DNA of 62,918 bases, filler included, from Phoronis australis (GCA_002633005.1; 5 parts of 5 records of this genome joined end to end with filler, not necessarily neighbours in it), one strand, 5' to 3'. Positions 26,876 through 38,421 are shown, counted from the whole stretch's first letter. The notes: generated by a model not told the origin, from the sequence alone. Translations and numbers: made by a program.

Positions 26876-29156
26876 TTACAAAAATGCCACATTTCAATAC
26901 CACGTGTATTTTTTCCGTTTGCCTTCCGTCGTCATGAAGCAGATTGAATAAGTGTTTTCACCAAACTTAATTTTTTGTTGATTTAAATGTTTTTACGTGG
27001 TTACTTACTCTAATAAAACGTTATGTTTTTATTTTTTTATGTATGTGCTTGGTATCGTACGATTCTGGTAACAGACTTGTGCATTTAAGTACCATTATTA
27101 AAAGTTCAATATAAGAGAACCCTGCGAGATCACTTGGTACTTCTTTCTTATTCATAACCCTAGAATAGCACTTTGTTTTGATGAGTCAAATTTGACAATA
27201 ACGAATGAACTTTATTTTTATGAATATTCATTTCGCATTTCGTCATTCTTATTGAGAATTGATACAGTTCTTTTTGTTAACTTACCAGCATTTTTCAGAA
27301 AATCTCACTGCCAAAAAGTGCCGTGAATCAGGTTTCAAGCTCCTCAGCTTAGTTAAACTATACATTAACAAACCATAAAAATGGTTCCAAGTGATCAGTG
27401 CAATGAGCGCTGCCTGCTCACGGCTGGTAAAACGGGTATCATGCAGCTCATGATTTAAAGAAAGGTCTCGTTTTTTTAATTTTGGTCGGGTATAAATTAC
27501 GCAAAAGACCTTGAAATCCTACGAAACACTCCTACCTTACAAATCTGACAATTCTTAGTCTCAGAAAATTTGAGCACCAGGCAAAAGATACTAATGATGA
27601 ATTTCCGGTGATGATAATCACCCGCTTTGTTTATTTACTTCAAAAACACAATTTGAAATTCTTGGTAAAATGAACCCCATTCGAGTAAGCACCATGTGGG
27701 TAAAAGTACTTCCTGTTCATGGAAATATGACAGGTTTATTTCGCAATTTTAATAGGTATTTTCCATGAAAATGCTTGCAGAGGTTATCATCAAAGTGAAA
27801 AATCCGCACAAGAAGTACCACACATCATGTCTGATCTACCTGTAATGTGAGTGAGCCAGTTTTTGGATATGAACTCACCCTGTACAGAGTGGGCGTGCTT
27901 GGTATGTTGGTTCGTGGATGTGCAGCTTATAATGATCAATTCCTTGTGTGAAATCAATGCTCACTTGGTCATCGACAGGCACACGTGTGATACAGTGCTG
28001 NGGCGGACTTTTTTGCCCAATTCGACCCCCCCCCCGGGTGCCCCATGATCAACAGGCATTCTTGACAGTCGTATCATAGGATACTGTAATGAATAGAAAA
28101 GCAAACAACTACCATCGAGTGTTGTCATCCAGCATGTAATTCCAGAACAAACAACTCAAACCATGCCTACATGTATATGGGATTAACGTATTTTAACCAC
28201 CTTATCTGCTACTGCCCACATTACCTAGTTACATTTGTTGACATCGACACCAAGAAATAATATCGGTACCTCCATATTTGTTAAATACTATTCCAATCAT
28301 TCACCGCTAACACGTCATCGCCAACTCGTATGACTGGAAGTACACCTATGGATTTGCTCGTTAGGCCGCTTGAACATCGCAAAAACGATTACCTCAGCTA
28401 AAAATAGAAATACTAGTGCTAGGAGAGTCTCGTGTCCATAATTCGCGATCTTGGGGAGCTCAGTATGCATCACCTAACTATACAGAAATCAAATTACTTC
28501 CATGTGCTCCTCTGCCATGGTCGAAAGAAAGCTCGAGGGCCCCAATCTAAAATTGACCCATTTCAAAGTTGACCCATCTTAGGGTTATCCAATTCGCTTG
28601 CTCCAATTGTACCCTGGCACTAATTTTGCTGATTTAGTTGATGTAAACATTTTTGTATCTTTTGAACGGTCCTAAAAGAATGGACTTTGATGTTCTTCTG
28701 GCCAAGCAAGTTGGCTATGACGTACTGATGGTGAATGTTTGGAATCATATTAAGAACATCTGCTCGTGCTGATAGTACATATTGGTGCCATGTCAACAAA
28801 TGTAACTGGTTAACGTGCGCCGGTCGCAGATGAGGTGTGTGAGTACGTTACTCCACGATATGCGTGAATTGAGTTGTTCCCGAAGTGCCTGGTGGGCGAC
28901 CATATTGGACAGCAGATGTTCACCACTATGGTATAACCTCGAGCGGCTGATAGAGGTGCCAGCGCTTCCATCGGCTTTTTATGAAGAGAGGTGACCACGG
29001 TGCATTTCTCGTGAAATTGAGTCTTTGTGGGAACTTTATTACACAAAGACAAACGGAGCTCCAGATTTGACCATGATATTATTGTCGGAAGGTTTGCTGC
29101 TGAACAAAGAACTGGTGTCAAGTGAATCCCTGCAGTTGTGGCTATGAGGAGATCAG

Positions 29157-29406
29157 GGGCCAGGTGTTCCAAGAAACTGACTTAAGTTCATTTTTGACTT
29201 AAGTATAAGATTTGTCTTAACTTCCATATTTTGAAACTTCCACATCCGGTGAGATAGTTAAAATTAGAACAAAACTTTTACCAAAAACTTAATTCAAACT
29301 TAGCCCTCTTTCTTGAAACGGTCCCTAGACAAATTTAAGTTTTATCTTAAAATATACTAAAATTTAAGATTTGTCATAGCTAAGTCAGTTTTGTTTGAAC
29401 GGGCCC
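29157..29406. mobile_element. PIF/Harbinger-like MITE
   Basis: GGGCC...GGCCC ends with an inverted AAACTGACTTA/TAAGTCAGTTT match; 3-bp CAG duplicated at 29154-29156 and 29407-29409. Confidence 0.5.
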
Positions 29407-29721
29407 CAGATTGCGAAGCATGGCCAGAAAAACCATTAACTACGTAAGCCAACACTGCGTGTATTATCTTACTCATATATGGAGTACATTAGCCTGCGCG
29501 AAAGTAGTTCACTTCTATAATTTTTCTCGGTAGACGGCGCTTTTGTAAACGTGGTGGCTCACGATTTCTGGCTTAGGTAGTAGGGCTATCGCGTTCTTGA
29601 ATCAATGTAAATGTTAGTGAACAACTGTTGCAAATGCCGACTACAATCAATCTCCGAATCGGGAATCTAACCTGGACCAGCCATGTACGACTATACGGTT
29701 GTACTTGCATAAAAAGTGAGT

Positions 29722-29821
29722 NNNNNNNNNNNNNNNNNNNNNNNNNNNNNNNNNNNNNNNNNNNNTTAATTAATTAANNNNNNNNNNNNNNNNNNNNNNN
29801 NNNNNNNNNNNNNNNNNNNNN
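29722..29821. other. Artificial scaffold-joining linker
   Basis: N44-TTAATTAATTAA-N44. Confidence 0.95.
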
Positions 29822-30691
29822 CAAACAGAACTTGAAGAAAACAGTCCGGATTAGCTTAATCGCACAACAATGTCTTGTATCTGCAAAGCCAGTGGATCGG
29901 GGTGCAAGCAGCTGAATATTACTGCAAGAGAGAACAATCTTCGATAGGGCTGAATCACTCGGTGAGAAGTCGAAGAAATTGTTGCTCTTCAGTCAGTGTC
30001 AGTGGACTTGGATAGGGATGAGTGATTGTCATTTTTTTCAAAATTATTCACACTAGCGTAAAATTTTGAATTATTTTGAACAAAAATCAGCCAGAAACGT
30101 GTATTTTGTAATCTACAGGACTTCATTTTATTAAACTTCTACAAAATACACTTAACTACTTGTTTTACTTGCGGTAACCCCTCTTGCCACAAGTGGACTG
30201 ATCCTGTATTATTTAGCTGGGAAATTTATTGACCCAGTTGCAGCAACCCAACATGAATATCACTGCTTTTTGGCTGAGATTACATAATAAGGTCTATATT
30301 CTTTCTAATTTTTGATTATTTTTATTTGTTTATGTTGTTGTGCATACTAATAAGTCTGAAATGTAGTATTCAACTGCAGGTTGCTATGGAAATTTTAAAG
30401 ACACTATCGGCACTTTTTGTCGGCTATTTTCCTTGACTTTTGAAAGCTCTAAATTTTCGCTTTCCCCGACTAGAATTGGCAATAACTCGGTCATTTGTGA
30501 AGTTAAGGACATGTATCATACCTCAAAATGATTAGAAAACACTGTATTTTCAGAAAAAATAATTTAAAAAATGACAAACCCCGACTTAAGACTCATTTTG
30601 TGGTGGTGGGTCACTGTCTCCTCCTGTCACCCCTATTCGTAATGGTTGAGTCGACATAATTGACCTCTGCGGAATGAGGTGGTGGCACTAT

Positions 30692-30706
30692 AGACCCTAT
30701 TCACGC
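30692..30706 (+). repeat. Left terminal inverted repeat
   Basis: AGACCCTATTCACGC, preceded by AT. Confidence 0.88.
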
Positions 30707-30758
30707 CGACAGGAGGCGCGTTCCAAAACGAGGCTCGCTACGATAGCTCCAGTAAACA

Positions 30759-33342
30759 ATGGCTAATCGGCATTGTTGTGTCCCGCATTGCTCGAACGGC
30801 GATAGGAATAATGCAGACCATCGACTCTCTTTTTTTACTTTCCCCAAGGACGCAGATGTTCGGAAGCGTTGGGTAGTTGCCATTCGTCGCGACGAAGGGA
30901 AATATTTTCGGGTAAGATTGGTAAATGTTATCGATCGATTGTAGCTCCTCGTCAAGTATTGTTAGACTACCCTAGGCTAGGCTCGGCAGGGAAAACTCAG
31001 TCACGCTGTTCACTTTCCAATTAAATTCTTTGGTATTGAAGTTTTCAAGAATGTAAAGATATTGGTCCTTGCCCATTGCAATGTTTTACTATTTGGAAGC
31101 TACCCCTATAATGTCAGAGGGGGGCCTATTGACGGTTACATGGCCCAATGGACAAACTCGATTAAACAACTAACAGGGAGTTGTGCTGGAACCACTTGAC
31201 GAAAAATGTTAGGTGTTGTACTGATGTAGTAACTTTCAGCAGTTGACTGTCAAGTCATTTGAAACAAGAATGTACCTGTCAGAGCTGTACCTCGTATATA
31301 ATTATGTCTTTTGATTAGTGAAGTAAGACATCACTGTCATTGTATGTTTCATAGTTGTACATATCTCATCTACTGCATCTTTGTATATATACTCCTCATC
31401 GGTGAATAGCACTTGTTTTGTACTTTCCAGTACTGGTGTAAGCTAATGTTCTACTTACTTACTTATAAAAAAGTTTGATCCCATTTTGTCACAGCTAGTC
31501 TCACTGCGTCTAAATGATAATACATTGAAGCGTAATGCACCACTTTCAAAAAAGGAAAACAATAACCATGCTTGCTCTGCCCAGTTAATTAAAGCTCTAA
31601 AATGAAATGGATTTTCAGGTTATGGTTTTGATGAATGAACTGAGTATCTTCATTTTAAAATTCAACTTGGCCCAGATAGATATATGAAAATCAAAACACA
31701 AATGAAATAGGTGTAAGGATTATTAAAACCTTGAAAACAGAATTGATGGTCAAATAATTTTTGTCTTCAATTACCAGACTGATTCTTTATTATAATAAAA
31801 ACGAATTTGAAGAGCATCAATTATTCTTACAGATCAATGACAAATCAACTGTCGTCTGCAGTTCCCACTTCAAAAGTGGGGACATCCAGAAGTCGATCAA
31901 TGGAAGAAGACTACTCAAGGCTGGAACTGTTCCCTCTATCTTCAAGTGGTCAAAACCAATACATGAAAGAACAAGAAAACATACCTCACTGACCAACACT
32001 TCATTAACCTGTGATACCTCATTTACTTGCGATACCTCATTTACCTGCAATACCTCATTTACGTGTGACAGGTAAGGATTGATTTTTGTGAAAAGTAGAT
32101 GATGACGATAAGTCTCTCAATTTGTTTTTGACATTTGCTTTGTGTTAGTTGCCTCCAGGATAAATTACATTTGACTTACTATATCTCATCATTTTATTAC
32201 TAGTGGATGAAACATGTACATAATTTAATAGTCACTATTTGTTTTCCAGTGAACCATCAACATCAGCTTCCAAAGAAGAGCCTGTTGCAGCCATGGATTT
32301 TCACGATTATGCTGCTCAACCTATTTTGACAACACATGAAAAACTTCAGGCTGCTCTAGAGTATATTGAGAGACTGGAGAAGCAGAATAAGGAACTGGCC
32401 CTAGAAAGATTCTGTGTTAATAAATTTTGTCATGATGACAAAATGATTCGGTTTTACACGGGCTTTGCTACGTATTCACATTTAGAGGCAGTTTTCAGAG
32501 CTCTTCAACCAACAGCAGTGACCATGACAAGGTGGTCCCAAGTCCAAAGGCAAAGAAAAACCGATTTAAACCTCAGGGAGGACTCTTTCCGCTGCGAAAA
32601 ACTGAACCTCTTCAACCAGTTTTTCATGTTTTTGTGTTATGTAAGACAAGGATTGCCCGAATTTGACTTGTCCGTTAAATTTGGAGTGTCACAGCCAACA
32701 GTCAGTCGCATTGTTATCACTTGGGCAAATTATTTATATGTTGTGTTGGGTTTGATGCCAATTTGGGCTAGTAGGGCGAGTATTGACAGGATGATGCCAC
32801 AATGTTTTAAAGACACATATCCTAGGACACGAGTCATTCTAGACTGTACTGAGGTTAAAACTCAATCTCCCTCATCATTATTTATTAACTCACAAATGTA
32901 CTCAAACTACAAAGGCACAGAAACACTTAAGTGTCTTGTTGGGATTGCCCCACATGGTGCTGTCTCATTTGTCAGTGAACTGTTTACAGGCAGCATTTCT
33001 GACAATGAAATTACGAAGAGGTCTGGTATTCTGGAGTTGCTTGATCCACTCGACGGAGTAATGGTGGACAAAGGGTTCACCGTTGACAAAGAGTTGAGAA
33101 CCAGAAAATGCCACACTGTGATACCACCCTTCCTAACGAGTTCCAGAAGCCAGTTTTCAAAGCAAGAAGTGGAGCTGACACAGCAAATTGCCCGTCTCCG
33201 TATTCACGTGGAGCGTGCCATTAAAAGGGTCAAAGAATACAGACTGTTCGATAAAAGCATTTCACTCAGTATTGTTGGGTCAGTAAATCAGTTATGGACT
33301 GTGTGTGTCCTGCTCACAAATTTCCAGGGTCCACTGTATTGA
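30759..33342 (+). CDS. THAP-domain DDE transposase (DDE_Tnp_4/HARBI1-like), 3 exons join(30759..30911,31833..32071,32250..33342), 494 aa, uninterrupted
   Basis: GT-AG introns with compatible phases (0 and 2). The THAP signature CVPHC...FFTFPKD...W...VCSSHF...TVPSIF is split by intron 1. An HTH region (DLSVKFGVSQPTVSRI) precedes the catalytic motifs ILDCTE, VMVDKGF and RIHVERAI, plus YSNYKG. Confidence 0.93.
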
Positions 33343-33365
33343 AAATATCCTAAGGATAGCCTTAA

Positions 33366-33724
33366 AGGAGAATGCCACCAGATTTAATTAGTTTTTGTTA
33401 CTGTATTAATCGGTCTATATCCACATCAACTTGTATTTTATATGTTATCATCATATGTTAGAGGAAGCTTTATTTAGATGTATATACATTATTCAAATCA
33501 TTGTAATTGTACACCATTTCCCTGTACGGTTCTATGGAAGGGGAACATGGCTTTGCAGCCTCCAATGAGTAAGTAGATTTGCAATTTTGCTGCTAATTTA
33601 CCAAAACACTCAAGTGCACATTATTTCTCTGGTTCACTAGTCTAGTCCTCTCCTGAATAGAAGTTTAGTTTTCAAAATTTTCTAAATTGATACATAATAC
33701 GTTGTTTTTTGGTGGCATTCTCCT
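33366..33724. mobile_element. Kolobok-like MITE nested in the ISL2EU spacer
   Basis: TTAA-AGGAGAATGCCACCA...TGGTGGCATTCTCCT-TTAA: perfect 15-bp TIR with TTAA TSD. Related sequence at 39941-39987 and 54946-55726. Confidence 0.85.
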
Positions 33725-33783
33725 TTAACCTAGTTGTTTGTACAATAGTCACATTACTTAACGAACTCAGTTTTTGGCCACAG

Positions 33784-34183
33784 TAAGATTAAAAACCGGA
33801 CGATCGTTGCACAAATAAAAAAGTTCATGTTCAGTCAACCTCAGAGAAAAGCAACATATATAGGCATTGTGTTAGCAACAATCGCCAAGCCAGTTCAGTT
33901 AGTATTATCTGCAGAGAAGCCTATAAAGAATTACCATTAAAGTGTCATTGGCCATTCTGGGCCAGCATGCTACTGATTCTCTGAATAACTATGGTTATGG
34001 CCAGCTGCTGACTATATTCCTTGTATCTCTCACTTCACATTATGGATGTTACCTGAGCTGTATCTTTACACTTGTTGTCCTAAATTGTAAATATGATCCT
34101 GATGGTGTTTAATGAATAGACGAAACTTTGATTGAACATGAAGTTTTTTTATTTGTGCGGCGATCGTCTGGTTTTTAATCTTA
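33784..34183. mobile_element. Second nested MITE with ~50-bp TIRs
   Basis: TAAGATTAAAAACCGGACGATCGTTGCACAAATAAAAAAGTTCATGTTCA (33784-33833) is inverted at 34133-34183. Confidence 0.75.
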
Positions 34184-34206
34184 ACGAACTCGCTTGAGAG
34201 AAAACT

Positions 34207-37069
34207 TTAGTTTTTACAGATATTCTTTAGGTGATGATTGAAATAAAATGTCTCTAAGCTGTCTTTAAGCAGCCGAAAAAAGTCCTGGTCAAATAAAATT
34301 CTTTCTATGTGATAGTCATTTTTACACCATATCATGAAATCGCACCAAGGGGCCCCGGTAAGACCCATCTGACCCATTACTTGAAAATAATACGCATGTT
34401 TTTTTTTTCAATTTGTAGTGACCATTAACAAATTTCAAGCATTTTGCTTCAACAAAGGATTGCACTTGGGGACATTTGATTTCTAACAGTCCAAATGGCT
34501 CGTTCTGTTCACGACTGTCATATACACGTCGGTCAGAAGAGCAGCCAAGGTATGGCAATGTCCAGTTAATCACAAATCCAGCCCTGTACACATTATTACC
34601 AGTTACAGTTGCATACTGCTCAGCAGCTTTTCCCTCATTTTCAACTCCGTATTTCATGGCTGCAGTTTGAATGCTCTTCTTGTTTAAAAGTTGTTCCGAA
34701 AGAACATCAAAGTCACCTTTTCGAGAGTAAATCGACTTAAAGTGTGAGGCTGTCAGTCGATACTTGCGCAATTCATGTCATTCAGAACACTTGGCTTGTT
34801 CTCTAGTTGACTTTTCGTAATCAACTGATTGTTCAACAGTTATAAGCAGACCCTGGTGAAACTCAGATTCTTCTGTTGTTAAACGATCAAGATCAAATCG
34901 TTCATAATGAGGTAAATCATATTGCACAATCTCAGGGGCATTAGGAGTTTGGATGATGTCCTGGTCCTCAGTTACGGTCGGTTTGCGTTGCTGGTATGAG
35001 AGCACACACCCTCTTGGCACGTCACCAAACTTCGTATCGCAATAAACAGTGGGATCACCGGACAGAAGAGTTAAAAACTGCATGCTGGACAATTCAGGAT
35101 TACTGTCTGCAATGTTCTGTAGTTGCTCTGTAAAAGCAACATCTCTAAGAGGGATTGTTACTGGATTATATATCGTCGATTTTACACCGTCAATATTTCG
35201 CCGTTTAGGAACCTGCTTCTGACTAACATTATGCACTCTCAGTTCACTAACAGGCTGGGGTGAAATACCCTGTGACCGTGGGATATGCCACTTCTGAGGC
35301 AAAGAGGTTTTAGTGACAATTGGTGGTATGCTCTTCAGTTTCAACTTCTGGTAGTGGGCAATCTGGTACAACAGGGCTGTCTGATGGTTACAAAAGCCCT
35401 GCCCTGCCTTGCATGTACACGAATGAGATCCAAACCTTTCGTCGTCATTTCGAATGTCGAACTGTAAAAAGGAAAATAAGAGCATATCTTAAATAACAGC
35501 CTCGTTTTAAAACTGTTGACAACCATTATAATGATGAAAGCTAATCAACCGTGGTAGACTCATAATAAAGCAAGTTAGGACTGTACTCACGATGGTGGAT
35601 TGTTGGTCGAAATTTCTCGGAAATTAATTTCATTCTAGTTGTGAGTACACTCCTAACATAATTCATTATGTTTACAACTGTGTTAATTTTTCTTGCAATA
35701 TGCTGTGGGACTGTGTCTATCCCATACGAAAAAAGGCAGTCCATAATCCCAGATAAGGGTGATGACCAATTTAAAACTCTTCTTCTTTGTCTTCTTCTTC
35801 CGGAGATCAACAAGTGATTGAAGTACCGATTCTTATATGTTGGCGCATGTTAGTGAATAAATTTGAACTTTTTGTAACACAAAATAACAAAACAAAGTGC
35901 GAGTTAGTGCCAGGATAAAAACAAGTTTTACTATTTAGTGGGTAAGATTGATGTTTGAGATGCGACTCCTGAACATCAGTATTGTTTCTGATGAAATGGC
36001 ATGATGTGGGAGTCTATTCCAAAGTGAAACAGTACATGGGAAGAATAGTATGCAGTGCGGATATGTGACCTCTCATAGAGAGTGGGAAATGCATGAAATA
36101 TAAATATGTAGGAGTGGAGGGTATGTGTGGCAAACATTTTGTGTACAGTCTTGTACATGAGAAACAGGTTTGTTTTTTTGGAGAGTGGGTCATTTGAGAG
36201 AATGTTAAGCAGACATAACAGAGGAGTATCTGGAGCGATCATTAAGGACGGACTTGACCATTCTATTCTTTCTATCTTGTCAATATTGAAGCATGTGAAG
36301 GGATCCCAGAAAGAGGAAGAATATTCAAGTTTGGGACGGCAGGTAGCCGAGAGTTCAGTTTTCCTCAGAGGTGACTGTCTATGTAAGTGTTCTACTATAA
36401 AGTATTGGTAAAAGTGACCCAAGGTATGGGACTGAATTAATGCATGTGCTCAATTTTTAATACTGCTGTGTTAAAAACTAATGCCTGGCTTAAGCAATAA
36501 CAATGCACGAACACAGTGACATACGTTTACTTTGTGGATCACTTTTTTAGAATATGAAGCATGACATGTTGCCTTCACATCACAACCACCATTGTTTACC
36601 TTTACTGCAAGAAATATATTTATTAGATATGAAGTTGACAAACTTCAAATGAAAAACTTTATAATTAATACCAACTTGAAGGCCTAGACTATTCGTGATG
36701 ATGATATCCTTGATCAACAAATGTAATTTGCACACAACAACAAAATACATGAGCGACCACTGTCAAATATATCTTCAATTCGTCAAAAATATGAACAGAT
36801 GAGTTGGTTCGTGTAGAAAGCAACTTCATCAACAATTTACAAGAAGAAACGTAACCCTGCATTCAACATATGCCGAAATCCATAACACGATTGTCATATT
36901 TACCTTTCATGTTTCCAATGTAGTTTTCTGAAAAGAACTTATAACCTTTCGTCAGGCAACTCTTTGGGGCATTGAGTTGCCCTCTAACGTATTTTTCGAC
37001 GTCTCCGTGGCTTATTATTGGAACATTTCTAAGATTCAATGTCCAGGTTGGACATGAAGTACCAGCCAT
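34207..37069 (-). pseudogene. SWIM zinc finger + YqaJ-like viral recombinase/lambda-exonuclease-family nuclease, complement(join(34207..35461,36525..36604,36904..37069)), ~499 aa if repaired
   Basis: Phase-compatible GT-AG exons (phases 1 and 0). SWIM motif CTCKAGQGFCNH, then TSLPQKWHIPR. YqaJ motifs TREQ...RLTASHF, MKYGVENE, LGCSSDR, LLEIKCP and YYFQVMGQM...WCDF. In-frame TGA at 34778-34780 where W is expected, and one extra base in the T10 run at 34399-34408. Confidence 0.88.
36000..36345 (-). mobile_element. Decayed LINE 3' fragment (CR1/L2/Jockey-like) in intron 2 of the nuclease gene
   Basis: RPKLEYSSSFWDPFTCFNIDKIERIE resembles the post-RT motif RPxLEYxxxVWxP...IxxLExVQ. Confidence 0.6.
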
Positions 37070-37139
37070 TTCACTAGCGCAATGTCAACTTCCGCATTGT
37101 TTATCGCAGTGAGCCTCGCTTTAGATTTTAATGGCCGCC

Positions 37140-37154
37140 GCGTGAATAGAGTCT
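37140..37154 (-). repeat. Right terminal inverted repeat
   Basis: GCGTGAATAGAGTCT, followed by AT. Confidence 0.88.
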
Positions 37155-37567
37155 ATAGGCTTACTCATACTTTCTGGAATGATGAAATTTTTGCGAGGAT
37201 CAACGGCGTTGGTATTTCTTGCATATATTTGTAAGTTTATCTTATACATACGCTGTTTGTCAAGCGAAAATACTAATATTCTTACGCAAGGAGGTAAAGT
37301 ATAGATGACCTCTGCTCGTGTCAGTCAGAGTAGCTGAAGGTGACCTCTAACTACAGTGTATGTAATCTTTGTTTACTTCCGCAACTGAAGTTAGTTGAGT
37401 TGTTCGCCGGTTTCACATTATTAGATCGTTTTGCAACCAAAACTCAGGTGCGCTATTCGAGATGTATTTTTCTGAGAATGTCAACATGACACAAGATTTT
37501 ATTATTTACAATAAACTTATTTGATTACACTTTCGGCCTATATACATACAATGGGGGTAGTCTGGCN

Positions 37568-38001
37568 CGACATAATTGACCTCTGCGGAATGAGGTGGTG
37601 GCACTATAGGCTTACTCATACTTTCTGGAATGATGGAATTTTTGGGAGGATCAACGGCGTTGGTATTTCTTGCATATATTTGTAAGTTTATCTTATACAT
37701 ACGCTGTTTGTCAAGCGAAAATACTAATATTCTTACGCAAGGACCTCTGCTCGTGTCAGTCAGAGTAGCTGAAGGTGACCTCTAACTACAGTGTATGTAA
37801 TCTTTGTTTACTTCCGCAACTGAAGTTAGTTGAGTTGTTCGCCGGTTTCACATTATTAGATCGTTTTGCAACCAAAACTCAGGTGCGCTATTCGAGATGT
37901 ATTTTTCTGAGAATGTCAACATGACACAAGATTTTATTATTTACAATAAACTTATTTGATTACACTTTCGGCCTATATACATACAATGGGGGTAGTCTGG
38001 C
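37568..38001. repeat. Duplicate of the transposon flanks without the element (empty site, probable alternate haplotype)
   Basis: Matches 30652-30691 fused directly to 37157-37566. Differs by 2 substitutions and a 16-bp indel and begins after a single N at 37567. Confidence 0.92.
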
Positions 38002-38221
38002 CCGTCATGAGTAGTTGCTTTCCATGGGCATGCAAACAGACTTAGAAAAATGAAAGACAACACTTAGATGATCAATGATGAATATAAAACTGACATGCAG
38101 CGCCCCACACCGGGAGGCAGTAATCTAGGTGAGCTTGAATGAATGATTGTGTTGAAAAGGGTTTTCAGTGGCAAAATAATACACCCACATAATTTGAACA
38201 TTGAGGGTTGTGCAGTGTCCG

Positions 38222-38421
38222 CAGAGGCAGATCTATACAGGGGTGGTTCAACCTCCCCCCCTCGGGAAAGAATGAAAAGTAAAAATTGAAAAAAAAATTC
38301 GCCAGACAAACAAAATCAGCTACTAAAAGCTACAAAGGTCTTACACGGGAGGGGATTTGCTACGCGCCTCGGATTTGCTCGAATCCTATACCCACTTACT
38401 GAAAACGTAGATCTGCTACTG
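38222..38421. mobile_element. Short hAT-like MITE, same family as 9239-11086
   Basis: CAGAGGCAGATCTA...TAGATCTGCTACTG; flanks GTCCG and GTCCA. Confidence 0.7.

Larger units (their letters stand above)
30692..37154 (+). mobile_element. Complete ISL2EU-type (PIF/Harbinger-related) DNA transposon encoding a THAP-DDE transposase and a convergent SWIM-YqaJ nuclease
   Basis: TIRs AGACCCTATTCACGC and GCGTGAATAGAGTCT (1 mismatch in 15). Boundaries are confirmed by the empty site at 37568-38001. Contains two convergent spliced genes. Coordinates assume a 2-bp AT TSD. Confidence 0.92.

Noticed and set aside
32239-33342. Domesticated HARBI1-like host gene
   Set aside because: It lies within TIRs and the empty site is present, so it is a mobile-element gene.
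34322-34771. Phage or viral insertion as the source of the YqaJ domain
   Set aside because: The gene has spliceosomal introns, sits inside the TIRs, and has no other viral genes nearby.
34778-34780. TGA as selenocysteine or programmed readthrough
   Set aside because: It replaces a conserved Trp (TGG to TGA), not Cys. I saw no SECIS-like support, and a second lesion follows.
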